A stretch of DNA of 64,000 nucleotides from Epithemia pelagica. Its lineage: Eukaryota > Protista > Bacillariophyta. A model generated the notes under the pieces. The model was not told where the DNA came from. It did not search any database and worked only from the letters and a program-made list of their open reading frames with translations. The stretch covers positions 4,712,001-4,776,000 of the forward strand of contig OX337229.1 of assembly GCA_946965045.2 (NCBI GenBank), written 5' to 3'. Position numbers and translations under genes: made by a program. Position 1 is the stretch's first letter; every line of letters starts with the position of its first letter. Of the stretch, positions 10,142-20,117 are shown piece after piece.

Positions 10142-11215
10142 ATGATGAACTTGGTTTTCCAGAAAAGACTGAAGAAGCTTGCTGTAAGAGAATTGACTAC
10201 GCGCTCGTTCTCACGTCAGATCTTCCCAGGGACTCTTGCGTTGAGCGCTCCTCATTGCCCCCCTCGAGCGACTCTCGTTGCATGGAGCGTTCCTTATTGT
10301 TCACCTCGAACGACCCCTCGGTTCTTTCATACGTCACGTTCACTCGGTGGAAGCGCTACTGCCGCGTCGTCATCTGCCACCGATAAGGCTCCCTTGGCTT
10401 CGACTGCTGCACCAAAAAAGAAGGATGAGAAAAACTTGTTTCTAGACAATCTCGGTACTATTTTTCTTTCCGCAATTGGATTGATTATCGCTTATTTGGT
10501 TCGGTCGTACATTGGCAGTACAAGGAGGAATACGCTTCGCGGTGAGCTCGAGGCCAAGGCGACGTTAGATCCTCTCGAGATCGATGAACTCAGAAGAGTC
10601 AATCCTGAATTAACGGCATCTGTCTTTCGCGATCTTGTTGAAGAGGTATGGGCGAAACATCCCAGTGGCGAATTAACGTACAACGAATTCACCGAAACAA
10701 TTCGCGAAACTTTGGTACAAAAGCACAAAGTACCGACAGTTGAATTTGGGCACCTTCTCGATCGTGTCGTTATCTTTCTTATAGAAAAACAGGGAGATTC
10801 CAGTTCCACACCACAACCTATATCGCTGTGGATGACGGTTCTATCCTTGGCACTGAATTCTCCAATTTCGGATCGGGTGCGAGTTCTCCACGAAGTATTA
10901 GTACAAGAAGCGCTCCATAGTTCGGTCTCTTCAGGAACGGACGATGCGTCGGCAACTGTTAACATTGAAAAGGTTCGTCGAATGGTGCAATACTTACAAG
11001 ATACGGACCAATTGGTTCTCGAAACACAGCTCTTCCCGACTCCGGACAAGGCATATCCGATCCAACAGTACCATCGTGGTACACCAGACGAACTTGTGAG
11101 TTGGGAAGGCTCGGATTCTGAACCGATTGATTTCGAAGCTTTTGCCGCCTTACTTCGTTCCAGAGCTGTATGTGCATGGGGAGAGTGCTACCGGAAGAGC
11201 TACAAGAACTATTAA
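10142..11215 (+). CDS. Hypothetical protein; mitochondrial-type presequence, one TM, possible degenerate EF-hand region
   Basis: Long ORF with an Arg/Ser-rich N-terminus, a hydrophobic helix (LGTIFLSAIGLIIAYLV) and a globular C-terminus ending CAWGECY. ATG at 10142 avoids overlap with ALG12. Confidence 0.65.
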   Translation: MMNLVFQKRLKKLAVRELTTRSFSRQIFPGTLALSAPHCPPRATLVAWSVPYCSPRTTPRFFHTSRSLGGSATAASSSATDKAPLASTAAPKKKDEKNLFLDNLGTIFLSAIGLIIAYLVRSYIGSTRRNTLRGELEAKATLDPLEIDELRRVNPELTASVFRDLVEEVWAKHPSGELTYNEFTETIRETLVQKHKVPTVEFGHLLDRVVIFLIEKQGDSSSTPQPISLWMTVLSLALNSPISDRVRVLHEVLVQEALHSSVSSGTDDASATVNIEKVRRMVQYLQDTDQLVLETQLFPTPDKAYPIQQYHRGTPDELVSWEGSDSEPIDFEAFAALLRSRAVCAWGECYRKSYKNY

Positions 11216-11234
11216 CAATCATGAAGAAGTTTTA

Positions 11235-12698
11235 CTATGCCGATCTTTTGTTTCTATCAGAGAATTGTACCACTCCAAAACGACCATTGACCATCCAGTT
11301 TTCGTCTAACTTTGCTGCTCGTTCGGTTTGTGACTTTGCCATGCCACAGCCTAGTTCCGCTTTGAGAGTCCTCAGTGCACATACAGGGCAAGGAAAGTAG
11401 GCACCAACGACGTCACCAAAGGGAGCGTCGTAATCCCATTCCAAGTCTCCCAATAAACGGCGATAATTGGCGTCCCCCTTGACAATAGCCAAGTCACATC
11501 TCGTCTTCAGATCATTGTACAGAGGTGGATGCATCTTCCACATTGCGAGTCCTTGAACCCAAAATGGATCTTCCACACACTTCCATTTCTTTGATTTGAG
11601 ATATTCTCTCCATTTCAGGGCTGCTGCCTGAGCGGCCGGATTCTTAGAAGGGTCCAAATTACAGAAATAGTCGATGGTTTCCACAAGATCTTTCTCTAGA
11701 GCGTCCGAAACAAATGTTGGGTGCGATTTCAGCTGAAATGTGACTGTGTGTGCTATCCCAGATTCAATCAGATAGGAGCCGCAAGCCAAGTCTGTCACAA
11801 GTTCGAATCCAGCATTGTCGACAATAATGTCCACGGCACCGCCTCCATTGGCGCGGAGCTCCGAGCAGTACTTTGCAACAACGACAGAATCATCGTGGAG
11901 AAGGTTTTCGTACGCCTGTGCTAAGATACCCGAGAAAATATCATCATTTTGGGAAACGTCCGCGGGCCACAGCGAAAGATCCATTTTATTGCCCCATAGC
12001 GGGATGGACAAGGCAACTTGAAGTCCATTGTCGGTCGGTGGAAGCTGAGGAATTTTAGCCAGAACCGATTCAGCCGATGCCGTGGAAGAATCCAGTCCTG
12101 CTTTCTTCTGCTTGTAAAATGGATCATAGAGGTATCCTTGAGATGAGGGGTCCCAGTATCCGAGACAATCCATCAGACGACGGTAGACATAAAACTCTGC
12201 CACCATCCAAGGCGAAGACAGCCACGTTTCTGATTCATCCACATTAGGTTTCAGTATGGCTTTCCATTGTTCAACCTCTAGTTTCCTATCTGGTGAAGCG
12301 TCTTTCGGGGCTTCATCTGGATACGCAAGTTTCACATTGGCGGCATCTCGAAGCTCCTGGCGCAATTTGTCAAATGCATCCCGTATCTCAGGACGCCACT
12401 CATTGAATTTCTCTTCGTTGTCCTTGAAAGTTCTCTCTAATATTTCTGCATCGACACGTCGACTCATAGTATCGAAAGCCCAGGTACCGACTGTTTCGGA
12501 TCGAATAGGATCCGGAAGGTCCAAGGCCGGCACCGGCGTTTCGGTGTCCACATCGGATTCTTGTGCCATGATAAAAGTATTAGATCGGATCACGGATGAC
12601 TTATAGGGCAACAGTGTACTGCGGGTGGTAAAGCAAAAGCTCCCTCTTACATAGGTGAACCAAATGAAGATGCAAACGACAGTTGGTCCAAATCGCAT
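11235..12698 (-). CDS. DUF89/ARMT1-like damage-control phosphatase with N-terminal targeting peptide
   Basis: PWMVAEFYVYRR, LWGNKMDLS, DNAGFELVTDL, KGDANYRRLLGD and LRTLKAE motifs. Confidence 0.88.
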   Translation of the reverse strand: MRFGPTVVCIFIWFTYVRGSFCFTTRSTLLPYKSSVIRSNTFIMAQESDVDTETPVPALDLPDPIRSETVGTWAFDTMSRRVDAEILERTFKDNEEKFNEWRPEIRDAFDKLRQELRDAANVKLAYPDEAPKDASPDRKLEVEQWKAILKPNVDESETWLSSPWMVAEFYVYRRLMDCLGYWDPSSQGYLYDPFYKQKKAGLDSSTASAESVLAKIPQLPPTDNGLQVALSIPLWGNKMDLSLWPADVSQNDDIFSGILAQAYENLLHDDSVVVAKYCSELRANGGGAVDIIVDNAGFELVTDLACGSYLIESGIAHTVTFQLKSHPTFVSDALEKDLVETIDYFCNLDPSKNPAAQAAALKWREYLKSKKWKCVEDPFWVQGLAMWKMHPPLYNDLKTRCDLAIVKGDANYRRLLGDLEWDYDAPFGDVVGAYFPCPVCALRTLKAELGCGMAKSQTERAAKLDENWMVNGRFGVVQFSDRNKRSA

Positions 12699-12988
12699 GT
12701 TCAATTGCGCCGATGCATCAGTGTACCATCGTCAAGCAAGAAGTGAGAGAAAAAAAATGAGCCGAATCTTTTATGGCCCGAGTCGCGGATTAGTCACGGC
12801 CGCTTCAGATCTGCAAGAGTCAGTGGGTCATCTTCTTCATCCTCCTCTTCACTACGGAAAAAAGTGAACGAAACCAACAAGCAAAAGGAAAAGTGAAGTG
12901 AACTACATTGAGGACGATAACAACAACAATAGCCAAACGCCGTCCTCCGGGAACGAACATACACCGCACGGACAGGGACACGCTGCCA

Positions 12989-15900
12989 ATGGAGCGCGAC
13001 GCGGACCCGCCATGGGCCATATTGGCCAAGAAAATTCCCATGGCCGAACCACGACCCAACTGCCAAAACAACGCCGATCCACCCCCGCCCATCGGTTGGC
13101 AACACATGCAACGCATGGCGACCGCCACATGGACCATGGAATCTCTCCATGGTCTCCGGAAAAACAAACAAAACAAACCTCACGACGCCGTTACACGTTT
13201 CCCCCGCCACCATGGTACAACCCAGATCCCACCGCTGGCCGAAAAAGCGACTTCCAACGGAAACACAGACCCCCAGCGACTGCTACGGTGTAACAACAAC
13301 ACCAACCCAAGAGGCCCCCGGACCGAAACCAAGCCCAACAAACGGATGACCGAACCAACCGAAAGGATGACCAAACCAACCGAAAGGATGACCGAACTGA
13401 CCAAGCGGATGACCCTGCCAGACCACCTCCCAGCACCAACACCTCAAGCTCAAAGACACGACGACAGCAACGAAGACCCAGGCCACGTCGGCAGAGCAAG
13501 ACACCAACAGGCACTCCCCCGCCCACCACCAGTGGAACACTCCCGGCAAAGCCACAAGACAACAACAACAAATACCGCCACCGAGCCCGTATCAGACCCA
13601 ATGCCGTCACCCAACACCACCAAACCCAGCTGCCAAAGGCCCAAGATCCCCAAAACGAAACAGTTAGACAATGCCCTACGGCGAGTCATCCTCCAACTCA
13701 CGATGACCCAAACCAACAAAACGACAAACTGCCCTCCCCACAAAAACAGTGGAAACAGAGTTTTCCACAGGGAGCCTCCTCCAGCCGACCAGCACCGCAA
13801 ACAGCAACAACCGACCAAGATGCAAGTCCACTCCAAACCTTCCACCGGCCGTCGCTCGACCCGGGCAAAAATCACCTCCTCCGCCCTCGGACCCATCCCT
13901 CTCGTCGCCACTACCATCCACGGCACCACCGCCATCACCCCGGACCGTAAGACAACCAAACCAACCACCAACGACAACAACAAGAAAGGAAACATTGCCG
14001 CCAACAACAAAAAAAACACAGAAAAAAAGAACAACGAAAAAAACACAGGAAAAAAGAACACCAACGACCACCACGACAACACCAACAACGACAACACCAC
14101 CACCGAATCCATCAACAACGAGCCCAACCAAATCGACACCACCGACGAACAAACCACGGACGAAGGCACTCAAGGAACCAAGGAAACGCAACCCACCAAC
14201 AACAAAACCCCGACGAGCGACGACGACTCGACCACCAAACCCAACGACAACGAGAAAGGCACGCCCGCGACGAACCCTTACAGGAAACCGAAAGTGGCGA
14301 AACGTCCCCAGTCTCCCGAACCGTCCTTCCTGTTCCACCTCCACGTGGCAGTGAACCACCACCACAACTACAAGATCGAGTCCACTCTCCCGCGACTCAC
14401 CGAACAAGCTCTGAAAACGCATCTCAACGACGTTTTCTTCCACCACAGCAAGAGAGAAGAGCCCATGTGGCTACAGGTCCACTCCGTGGACTTCCTTGAA
14501 ACAAAACAGTCCCCCAGTCGCCCCCTCCGTGGCGCAGACAACCACAACCGATCCAACAAGGGAAGTGGACACACATCCACCTTCCATGTCACCCTCTCCC
14601 CAGCTCCCGCAAACGACGCATTCGACACCGGTGTTTTCTTCGAACAAGGTCTTCGCTTCGTCTTGCAAATGTGGCATAAACACCACAACGACGACTTTTC
14701 CTACCACGAGCACGGGTCCCAAACAATCCTTTGCCCAGGCACCCGCCAATCCAACCCAACGATATACCCACGGTGCGACCAGATCAACGTCTACCAACCA
14801 GCATGCAACAACCGCACGAGCGACACCTACGGCATAGTCGTAGGGGTGCCGGCCCAAACAATCAAACACCGTCGAGCAGCTTTGGACCTGTCCTCCGACA
14901 TCCAAAACATCCTCACCCCTCACCTCCCTCGGAAGTTGAACCACGTGGACTATTACAACCACATCGGCTGTCGTGCTGGAACTTTCAGCGGCGAGCTGAA
15001 AAATAAACAACGTGGACAAGTACCGGCAATTTACATCACAGCCTCGTCCAAAAGCAACTTTGAGGCACTACTTCGGAGTTACAACGCCTACCTATCCGCC
15101 AACCGCAACACCGAACTGGCTTGGTGCAAGAATAACATCCAAATCATCCCAATGCCAACCTCGCAGAGCAATCGAACAACAACCTTGGAGGCAATCAAGG
15201 ACATTGACCAGTTCTTGGCAGCTTGCGTCAAAATCAAGCTTAAACCATTCAACCAAGAAGCAACCGACGGAGATTGGAAGCGCCTGCCAAACCTCCGTGA
15301 ATTCGTGGCCCTTTTTCCAGAATTTGAGAACGAAGATCCGGATCCGCAATTCTACACCCTTTATTTGCGAAAAACACCGGACACCCACTTGTTAACAACA
15401 AACACCATCCGGCAGCACCCAGAGTTTCCCGAAAACATTCTTCTCCCCACTCTGGCGGCAGTAGCGGCAACACCACCAAGACAGACCACCACAGGCCAAA
15501 ACCCAACAACTCCAACTTCCTCAAGCCACACCAACAGGCTGCTAGCCTTCACCAACCGTCTGCTCCGTCGCAAACACAACAACCTCGACGAGACGTCCGG
15601 AGACAGCAACAACAACCACACCAACAACCAAAGTACACCGACAAACACCAGCCCACCGGCCAACAAACGAAGCGCCGCGGCCATGCAACCAACAGAAGAC
15701 GAAGAAAGTGACCCACACGAGGACGGAACCGACTGGACGACGGTGGCCGCACAAACAAACTCGTATGCACCAAACCCAGAGGAAGAAGACTCCAAACCTG
15801 CAGCCAAACGCAACCAATTTGCACCACTCACCGAACAGGGAGACGACAAACAATCGACCGTAGACAGGATGGACACGGACGACTCCGATGATCACTCCCG

Positions 15901-16192
15901 GGCCCTGATCAGCAGCGATGACAACCTCGAAAACGACGAACACGAGTTTTCGGCCACCACAATGCAGGAGATCGAACTTATCTTTAAGTATGTGGCAAAC
16001 AACAACCCCTCTCGTTTAGACGAAATGAGAAAGTTTTTGGAAAACACAAAGTCGTTCACGAACGACACAGACACGCAAGACGCGTGGCGATTCGCTCAGT
16101 CTTTGGTACAGACGAGCAATTCCACCGTCGCTGACTCGCGCACCGGTCATGTGGTCCCGTATGCAAACTGGGCCAAGGGGCCAGATGAGTAA
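12989..16192 (+). CDS. ORF1-like protein (~1067 aa) of the non-LTR element; T/N/P-rich ends around a globular core
   Basis: Uninterrupted frame, first ATG at 12989. The stop overlaps the ORF2 start in GATGAGTAA (16184-16192). No recognised family. Confidence 0.65.
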   Translation: MERDADPPWAILAKKIPMAEPRPNCQNNADPPPPIGWQHMQRMATATWTMESLHGLRKNKQNKPHDAVTRFPRHHGTTQIPPLAEKATSNGNTDPQRLLRCNNNTNPRGPRTETKPNKRMTEPTERMTKPTERMTELTKRMTLPDHLPAPTPQAQRHDDSNEDPGHVGRARHQQALPRPPPVEHSRQSHKTTTTNTATEPVSDPMPSPNTTKPSCQRPKIPKTKQLDNALRRVILQLTMTQTNKTTNCPPHKNSGNRVFHREPPPADQHRKQQQPTKMQVHSKPSTGRRSTRAKITSSALGPIPLVATTIHGTTAITPDRKTTKPTTNDNNKKGNIAANNKKNTEKKNNEKNTGKKNTNDHHDNTNNDNTTTESINNEPNQIDTTDEQTTDEGTQGTKETQPTNNKTPTSDDDSTTKPNDNEKGTPATNPYRKPKVAKRPQSPEPSFLFHLHVAVNHHHNYKIESTLPRLTEQALKTHLNDVFFHHSKREEPMWLQVHSVDFLETKQSPSRPLRGADNHNRSNKGSGHTSTFHVTLSPAPANDAFDTGVFFEQGLRFVLQMWHKHHNDDFSYHEHGSQTILCPGTRQSNPTIYPRCDQINVYQPACNNRTSDTYGIVVGVPAQTIKHRRAALDLSSDIQNILTPHLPRKLNHVDYYNHIGCRAGTFSGELKNKQRGQVPAIYITASSKSNFEALLRSYNAYLSANRNTELAWCKNNIQIIPMPTSQSNRTTTLEAIKDIDQFLAACVKIKLKPFNQEATDGDWKRLPNLREFVALFPEFENEDPDPQFYTLYLRKTPDTHLLTTNTIRQHPEFPENILLPTLAAVAATPPRQTTTGQNPTTPTSSSHTNRLLAFTNRLLRRKHNNLDETSGDSNNNHTNNQSTPTNTSPPANKRSAAAMQPTEDEESDPHEDGTDWTTVAAQTNSYAPNPEEEDSKPAAKRNQFAPLTEQGDDKQSTVDRMDTDDSDDHSRALISSDDNLENDEHEFSATTMQEIELIFKYVANNNPSRLDEMRKFLENTKSFTNDTDTQDAWRFAQSLVQTSNSTVADSRTGHVVPYANWAKGPDE
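13344..13414 (+). repeat. 21-bp tandem repeat (~3.4 copies) encoding RMTEPTE-like heptads
   Basis: GGATGACC recurs at 13344, 13365, 13386 and 13407. Confidence 0.9.
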
Positions 16193-18086
16193 ACCAACGA
16201 CAACACCACCGAGACACTGCCCAGTCCCCGACTGTCCATGGAAAGTGCCTCGCTTCACAATCAACCCACATGCTTCTATCAAAGAACACCTGATCACCGC
16301 CCACAACGAGACACACCCATCTGATTATCTAACACCATTGTACTGCAACAAGCATGGTTTTTATCCATGCCAAACCTGTGACACAACCACGGCCATATTC
16401 ACGACGGAAGGCCATCTAAGACAACACGTAACAAAAAAGCATAGTAGGTCCAACACGAACACTCAATTTGTCCTTCATACCTACCGACATGCGCAACCAG
16501 AGACAGAAACCAACTGGAAGAAAAGTCTAGCTTACCTGCACCAACTACAACTTACACCACCGCCCTTTCGACGCAGCTTATGGCACAAACTCAAGCCGCC
16601 TTTGAGAGCAGAAATCTACTCCACATACAACAACGTGATCTCATGGCTCCTTGCAGCAACACCACCTCTCACCCAGGCCGTCATACGAGACGAACGACCA
16701 CAACAACATGACACCGACGCCAGCCCTTTCTGGAAGCTGCTGATTTTGCTAGAGCCCCTGCTCTTAGCACCGATCAAAAACACAGTGCACCGAACTTACA
16801 CCAACGCCTTCCGCGCCCGACTGTCCCTCCTGAAAGCAGGAAGAATAAGCCACAGCCCCTTCTCGACCCGTCCGACCACACCACACTTGCCTCAATGGCC
16901 TCCAGGACGCATCAAGAAGCGGCAAGAGCTAAGTTTTGCAGAGACCCAGACACGGCCAAACATCTCTTCGACAACGGAATCTACTTGATACCCTTCACCG
17001 TTGATCATCTTGGAGGGCTCGGTTCTTTCGCCGATCGCCTTTTGTTCCCCTCAGAATACCATCCGCATATATTCACAACCACACAACCACCATGGCAAAA
17101 CCCATAATTCGGCAAGGACCAAAAATGAAGTAAACCACAACCATCGGCATTCCGACTCTTCGAAGAATCCACCGAAGCACCATCGAATCTTCTCACGGCA
17201 GCCAACGCCAAAACCAAGAAATTCAGCTACCCAGAAGCCCACATTTATTCCATCGGGCACTTCGCAAAAGCTTCATTGGGACACGCCATCGTCTCCGCCC
17301 TTGCGACTCACGCCAACAACAACATAGGTGCAATCCGACAGCACCAATCGAAACAAAAAATCAGAACCACACAATTGCAAAATTTGGCATCCCCGTGTTT
17401 TGCACCGGTAACACCCATATAAGGGCTGGGGATACCGATCCATGTACATCTAAGTAGGCTCAGTACAAAAGCTACGTAGAGTACATAAAATCACATAGTA
17501 CACGTCACGAATTTAAAAAAATGCAAAAACGCTCGACAATGATGGCGAGATCCGGTGACGCCGTATGCATTCACCCATGCATCGCATAAACATCCAACCA
17601 CCGTAAGTCCTTTGCCTTTACCTTTGAAATTGTTGCCTAAAATTACAGAAGATTTGTCAAGTTGGCTGAAAAGGTACGCTCATTTTTCTGCAGTGATGAA
17701 ATCGAACGACCGCCCTAACTCACTCATTTTTCAATGCTGACTCGACCGAATTGAAAGCATAGTCACTCTAGTAGTAAATAATCTTCTTGTCAAAGCGGTC
17801 GAGGCAAGCTCTATTATTGAGGAAGTTATGGCCATGGGGGTGATGGCTTCCACCATTGTCGAGCGATGGCTTCCAATTTGCATTGTTTCTCGTGGCAGCA
17901 AGTTTTCAATTTGAGACCATCCGCCCCACTTGTTACACTCATGAAAATAGTACTACGTAGCTTAATGTACTGAGCCAACTTAGATGTACATGGATCGGTA
18001 TCCCCAGCCCTTACTCCCCCGCCCCAATGGCAGAATTCGTCCCAAACATGGACACCGCCCCACTCCTTTGTGAACTGACCGCTTAG
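16185..18086 (+). pseudogene. Disrupted ORF2: zinc fingers, RT deleted, REL C-terminus with nonsense codons and MITE insertion
   Basis: CPVPDC..HLITAH and CQTC..HLRQHVTKKH fingers, then LEPLLLAP..RLSLLKAGRI. A frame switch near 16845 leads to HQEAARAKF..GIYLIPFTVDHLGGLG. In-frame stops at 17105 and 17126. The frame resumes across the MITE to TAG at 18084. Confidence 0.7.
17422..18011. mobile_element. MITE (590 bp) with long terminal inverted repeats and TA target duplication
   Basis: AGGGCTGGGGATACCGATCCATGTACATCTAAGT (17422-17455) is the exact reverse complement of 17978-18011. The imperfect match extends to ~62 bp, and a subterminal CGCTCGACAATG inverted match is also present. TA at 17420-21 and 18012-13. 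No coding capacity. Confidence 0.9.
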
Positions 18087-18216
18087 GAGTTCCACTATCG
18101 TATAGACAGTAACCTAAAACAATAAAAGATACTCCTACTCTTCTTCGTTTCTTTTGTTCGTTGCTCGGACGAAATGTAGCGGTCAGTCGAAGAGTACCAA
18201 CATCTACGCGTGATTG

Positions 18217-19818
18217 ATGCTCAGAAAGTTGTCGACCAAGCAGACTTTGGCTGCAAAGCTTGCGCTGCGCCATGTTAGAGATGGACCAGAGAAACATTAT
18301 CCCAAATGCAACCGTCTACTGCCAATGGTCATCGTTTTGGGATTTCTTTACCTGTCGATTGTCGCCTGGTTGTTCTGTGGACTCAACAATACAGCAACAA
18401 GCCCTCAGAATAATATGGTCGATGATACATCAAATTATCTGAATCTACGTTTCTGGCATTCTCCTATGAGTGATAAGGAAAACAAAGTGGTCTACGTTGG
18501 CATGTTTGGTTTGGGTCATCGTCTAAGCAAGCTTGCTGCTGCATATCATTTGGTCCAAATCAATCAATGGCCAGTGACGCATCTAGAGGTACTCTGGGGA
18601 AAATGTGAGAATGGAACTAGAAGTGACCTTGACATATTTTCATACTTATTTGGCAACAATCAAATATATTTGGGAGTGTCGAATGGTGGCCAGAAACAAA
18701 CACCTCATCAGACGAGAGAATGCACAACAAGGACAACAGATTGCTACTACCAAGGGAAATCACTGGTTATTCGAAACGATGTCGTAGGATACTATGCTGG
18801 ACAAAGTTACAAAAATGCACAGATACGTGTGCGTGAAAGGCACATCCAGTCGTGGGACACCAAATTCACATCCGATTTTCATTTGTTTCGAAATTTAATG
18901 ATGTCGTTTGAACATGAACATGGTGACAATCTAAAATCCTTTCAAGAGGGCTCAAAGTGGCACGATCACTTTGTGGTCGGAATCCACATAAGAGCTGGAA
19001 ATGGTGAGCAGGACCATTTTGAACAGTCTCAACGACAAATCGAACGCAACGGAGACTTTTTCAGGAATCTTGTGGGGACGATTCGAGAGCTTCTGAATGA
19101 TAAGGTCACCAACAAAGCGGGAAAACGCCCCCTTGTCTTTTTGGCAACAGACACTGCCACCGTGGTAGATGAACTTCGGCAGATTTTCAGTGAATACCAT
19201 ATCCCCATGGTTACACTGGATCAACCCCGCGTTGAACCCAACAAGGGTGTGTCGTACTCGGCGTGGACGTCGGACTCTACGAATTGTTTGAACGGATGGC
19301 TGTACAGCATGATGGATATGTCCTTATTAGCAAAGGCAAATATTCTGATTGCGGCTAGAAGGTCTACATTCACTCAGATTCTTCCACGGGCCTTGCTTCT
19401 AGATGGACATGACAAACATCTGTTTAAACACGACTCCTTGTTTCGTTTTTGCGAAGTTGGAGATACTGGTGAAAACATTGATTGCTTTGGGGATACCAAA
19501 TCCTGGCTTTTTCGAGATGCTATCCCCACACCGAAGACAGGAGCACCAAACTCTGCATCACCGTCAATGAAAACATATGGTCTCCGGAACTTGACAGCTA
19601 CAGCCAGTGTGCACAAGTTAATGGTTCATCTCCCTGATATCTCGAATGGATCAAAAAGAATAGAAGGTGATGACGATGGTGCTTATTGGTCGGAACAAGC
19701 TCGCAACTTCTTTGCCCAATCACAAGGAGCAAATCATCGACTGTTGTTTGGATTCAAGATCGATAAGAAGTACCGACAATTCAGAACGTTTCAATCGGCG
19801 TGGACACTTGCTCCCTAG
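18217..19818 (+). CDS. Type II membrane glycosyltransferase, NodZ/FUT8-like fucosyltransferase fold
   Basis: N-terminal TM; GLGHRL, VVGIHIRAGNGE, VFLATD and DMSLLAKANILIAARRSTFT motifs. Confidence 0.6.
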   Translation: MLRKLSTKQTLAAKLALRHVRDGPEKHYPKCNRLLPMVIVLGFLYLSIVAWLFCGLNNTATSPQNNMVDDTSNYLNLRFWHSPMSDKENKVVYVGMFGLGHRLSKLAAAYHLVQINQWPVTHLEVLWGKCENGTRSDLDIFSYLFGNNQIYLGVSNGGQKQTPHQTRECTTRTTDCYYQGKSLVIRNDVVGYYAGQSYKNAQIRVRERHIQSWDTKFTSDFHLFRNLMMSFEHEHGDNLKSFQEGSKWHDHFVVGIHIRAGNGEQDHFEQSQRQIERNGDFFRNLVGTIRELLNDKVTNKAGKRPLVFLATDTATVVDELRQIFSEYHIPMVTLDQPRVEPNKGVSYSAWTSDSTNCLNGWLYSMMDMSLLAKANILIAARRSTFTQILPRALLLDGHDKHLFKHDSLFRFCEVGDTGENIDCFGDTKSWLFRDAIPTPKTGAPNSASPSMKTYGLRNLTATASVHKLMVHLPDISNGSKRIEGDDDGAYWSEQARNFFAQSQGANHRLLFGFKIDKKYRQFRTFQSAWTLAP

Positions 19819-20117
19819 GGTAGATTGTGTTGACTGCAGGAGTAATATATAATGGAGATATCCAGTCCTATTTCTCATTATTCAAGTGGTTTGTGTCATG
19901 GGTACTACCTAGTGGATTCAGATAGGGGGTTCATTTAGAAGAATTATTGAGGCCAGACTTATCACCACCGCTGGGGAGCAATGAAGTGGGATCCTTAGGG
20001 ACGATAGCTACCTGTGCTATCCTTCTTTCTTTTGTGTTTCGTCTGCCCGGCTGCCGTTCTTCATCACTCATAAATCCCACGAGGGCCATAAAATCCCACA
20101 GATTCTAGCCTCCGACC

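Larger units (their letters stand above)
12860..18130 (+). mobile_element. Internally deleted two-ORF non-LTR retrotransposon (CRE/R2-like, REL-endonuclease type); boundaries approximate
   Basis: Strongly A/C-rich plus strand. A 3.2-kb ORF1 overlaps the ORF2 start. ORF2 has two C2H2 fingers and a REL-type C-terminal motif (LIPFTVDHLGGLGSFA) but no RT. AATAAA lies at 18121. No TSD found. Confidence 0.7.

Noticed and set aside
12830-12900. Target-site duplication for the non-LTR element
   Set aside because: Only weak CTCTTC-type similarity with the 18130-18150 flank; not convincing, so the boundaries stay approximate.
13180-15943. Several long V/L/G-rich minus-strand ORFs resembling membrane proteins
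   Set aside because: Artefacts of the A/C-rich plus strand of ORF1; no motifs.
17419-18014. PIF/Harbinger assignment of the MITE (GGG.. TIR with TAA/TTA flanks)
   Set aside because: The flanks TAA and TTA are inverted, not direct, copies. A TA duplication is direct and restores the host frame.
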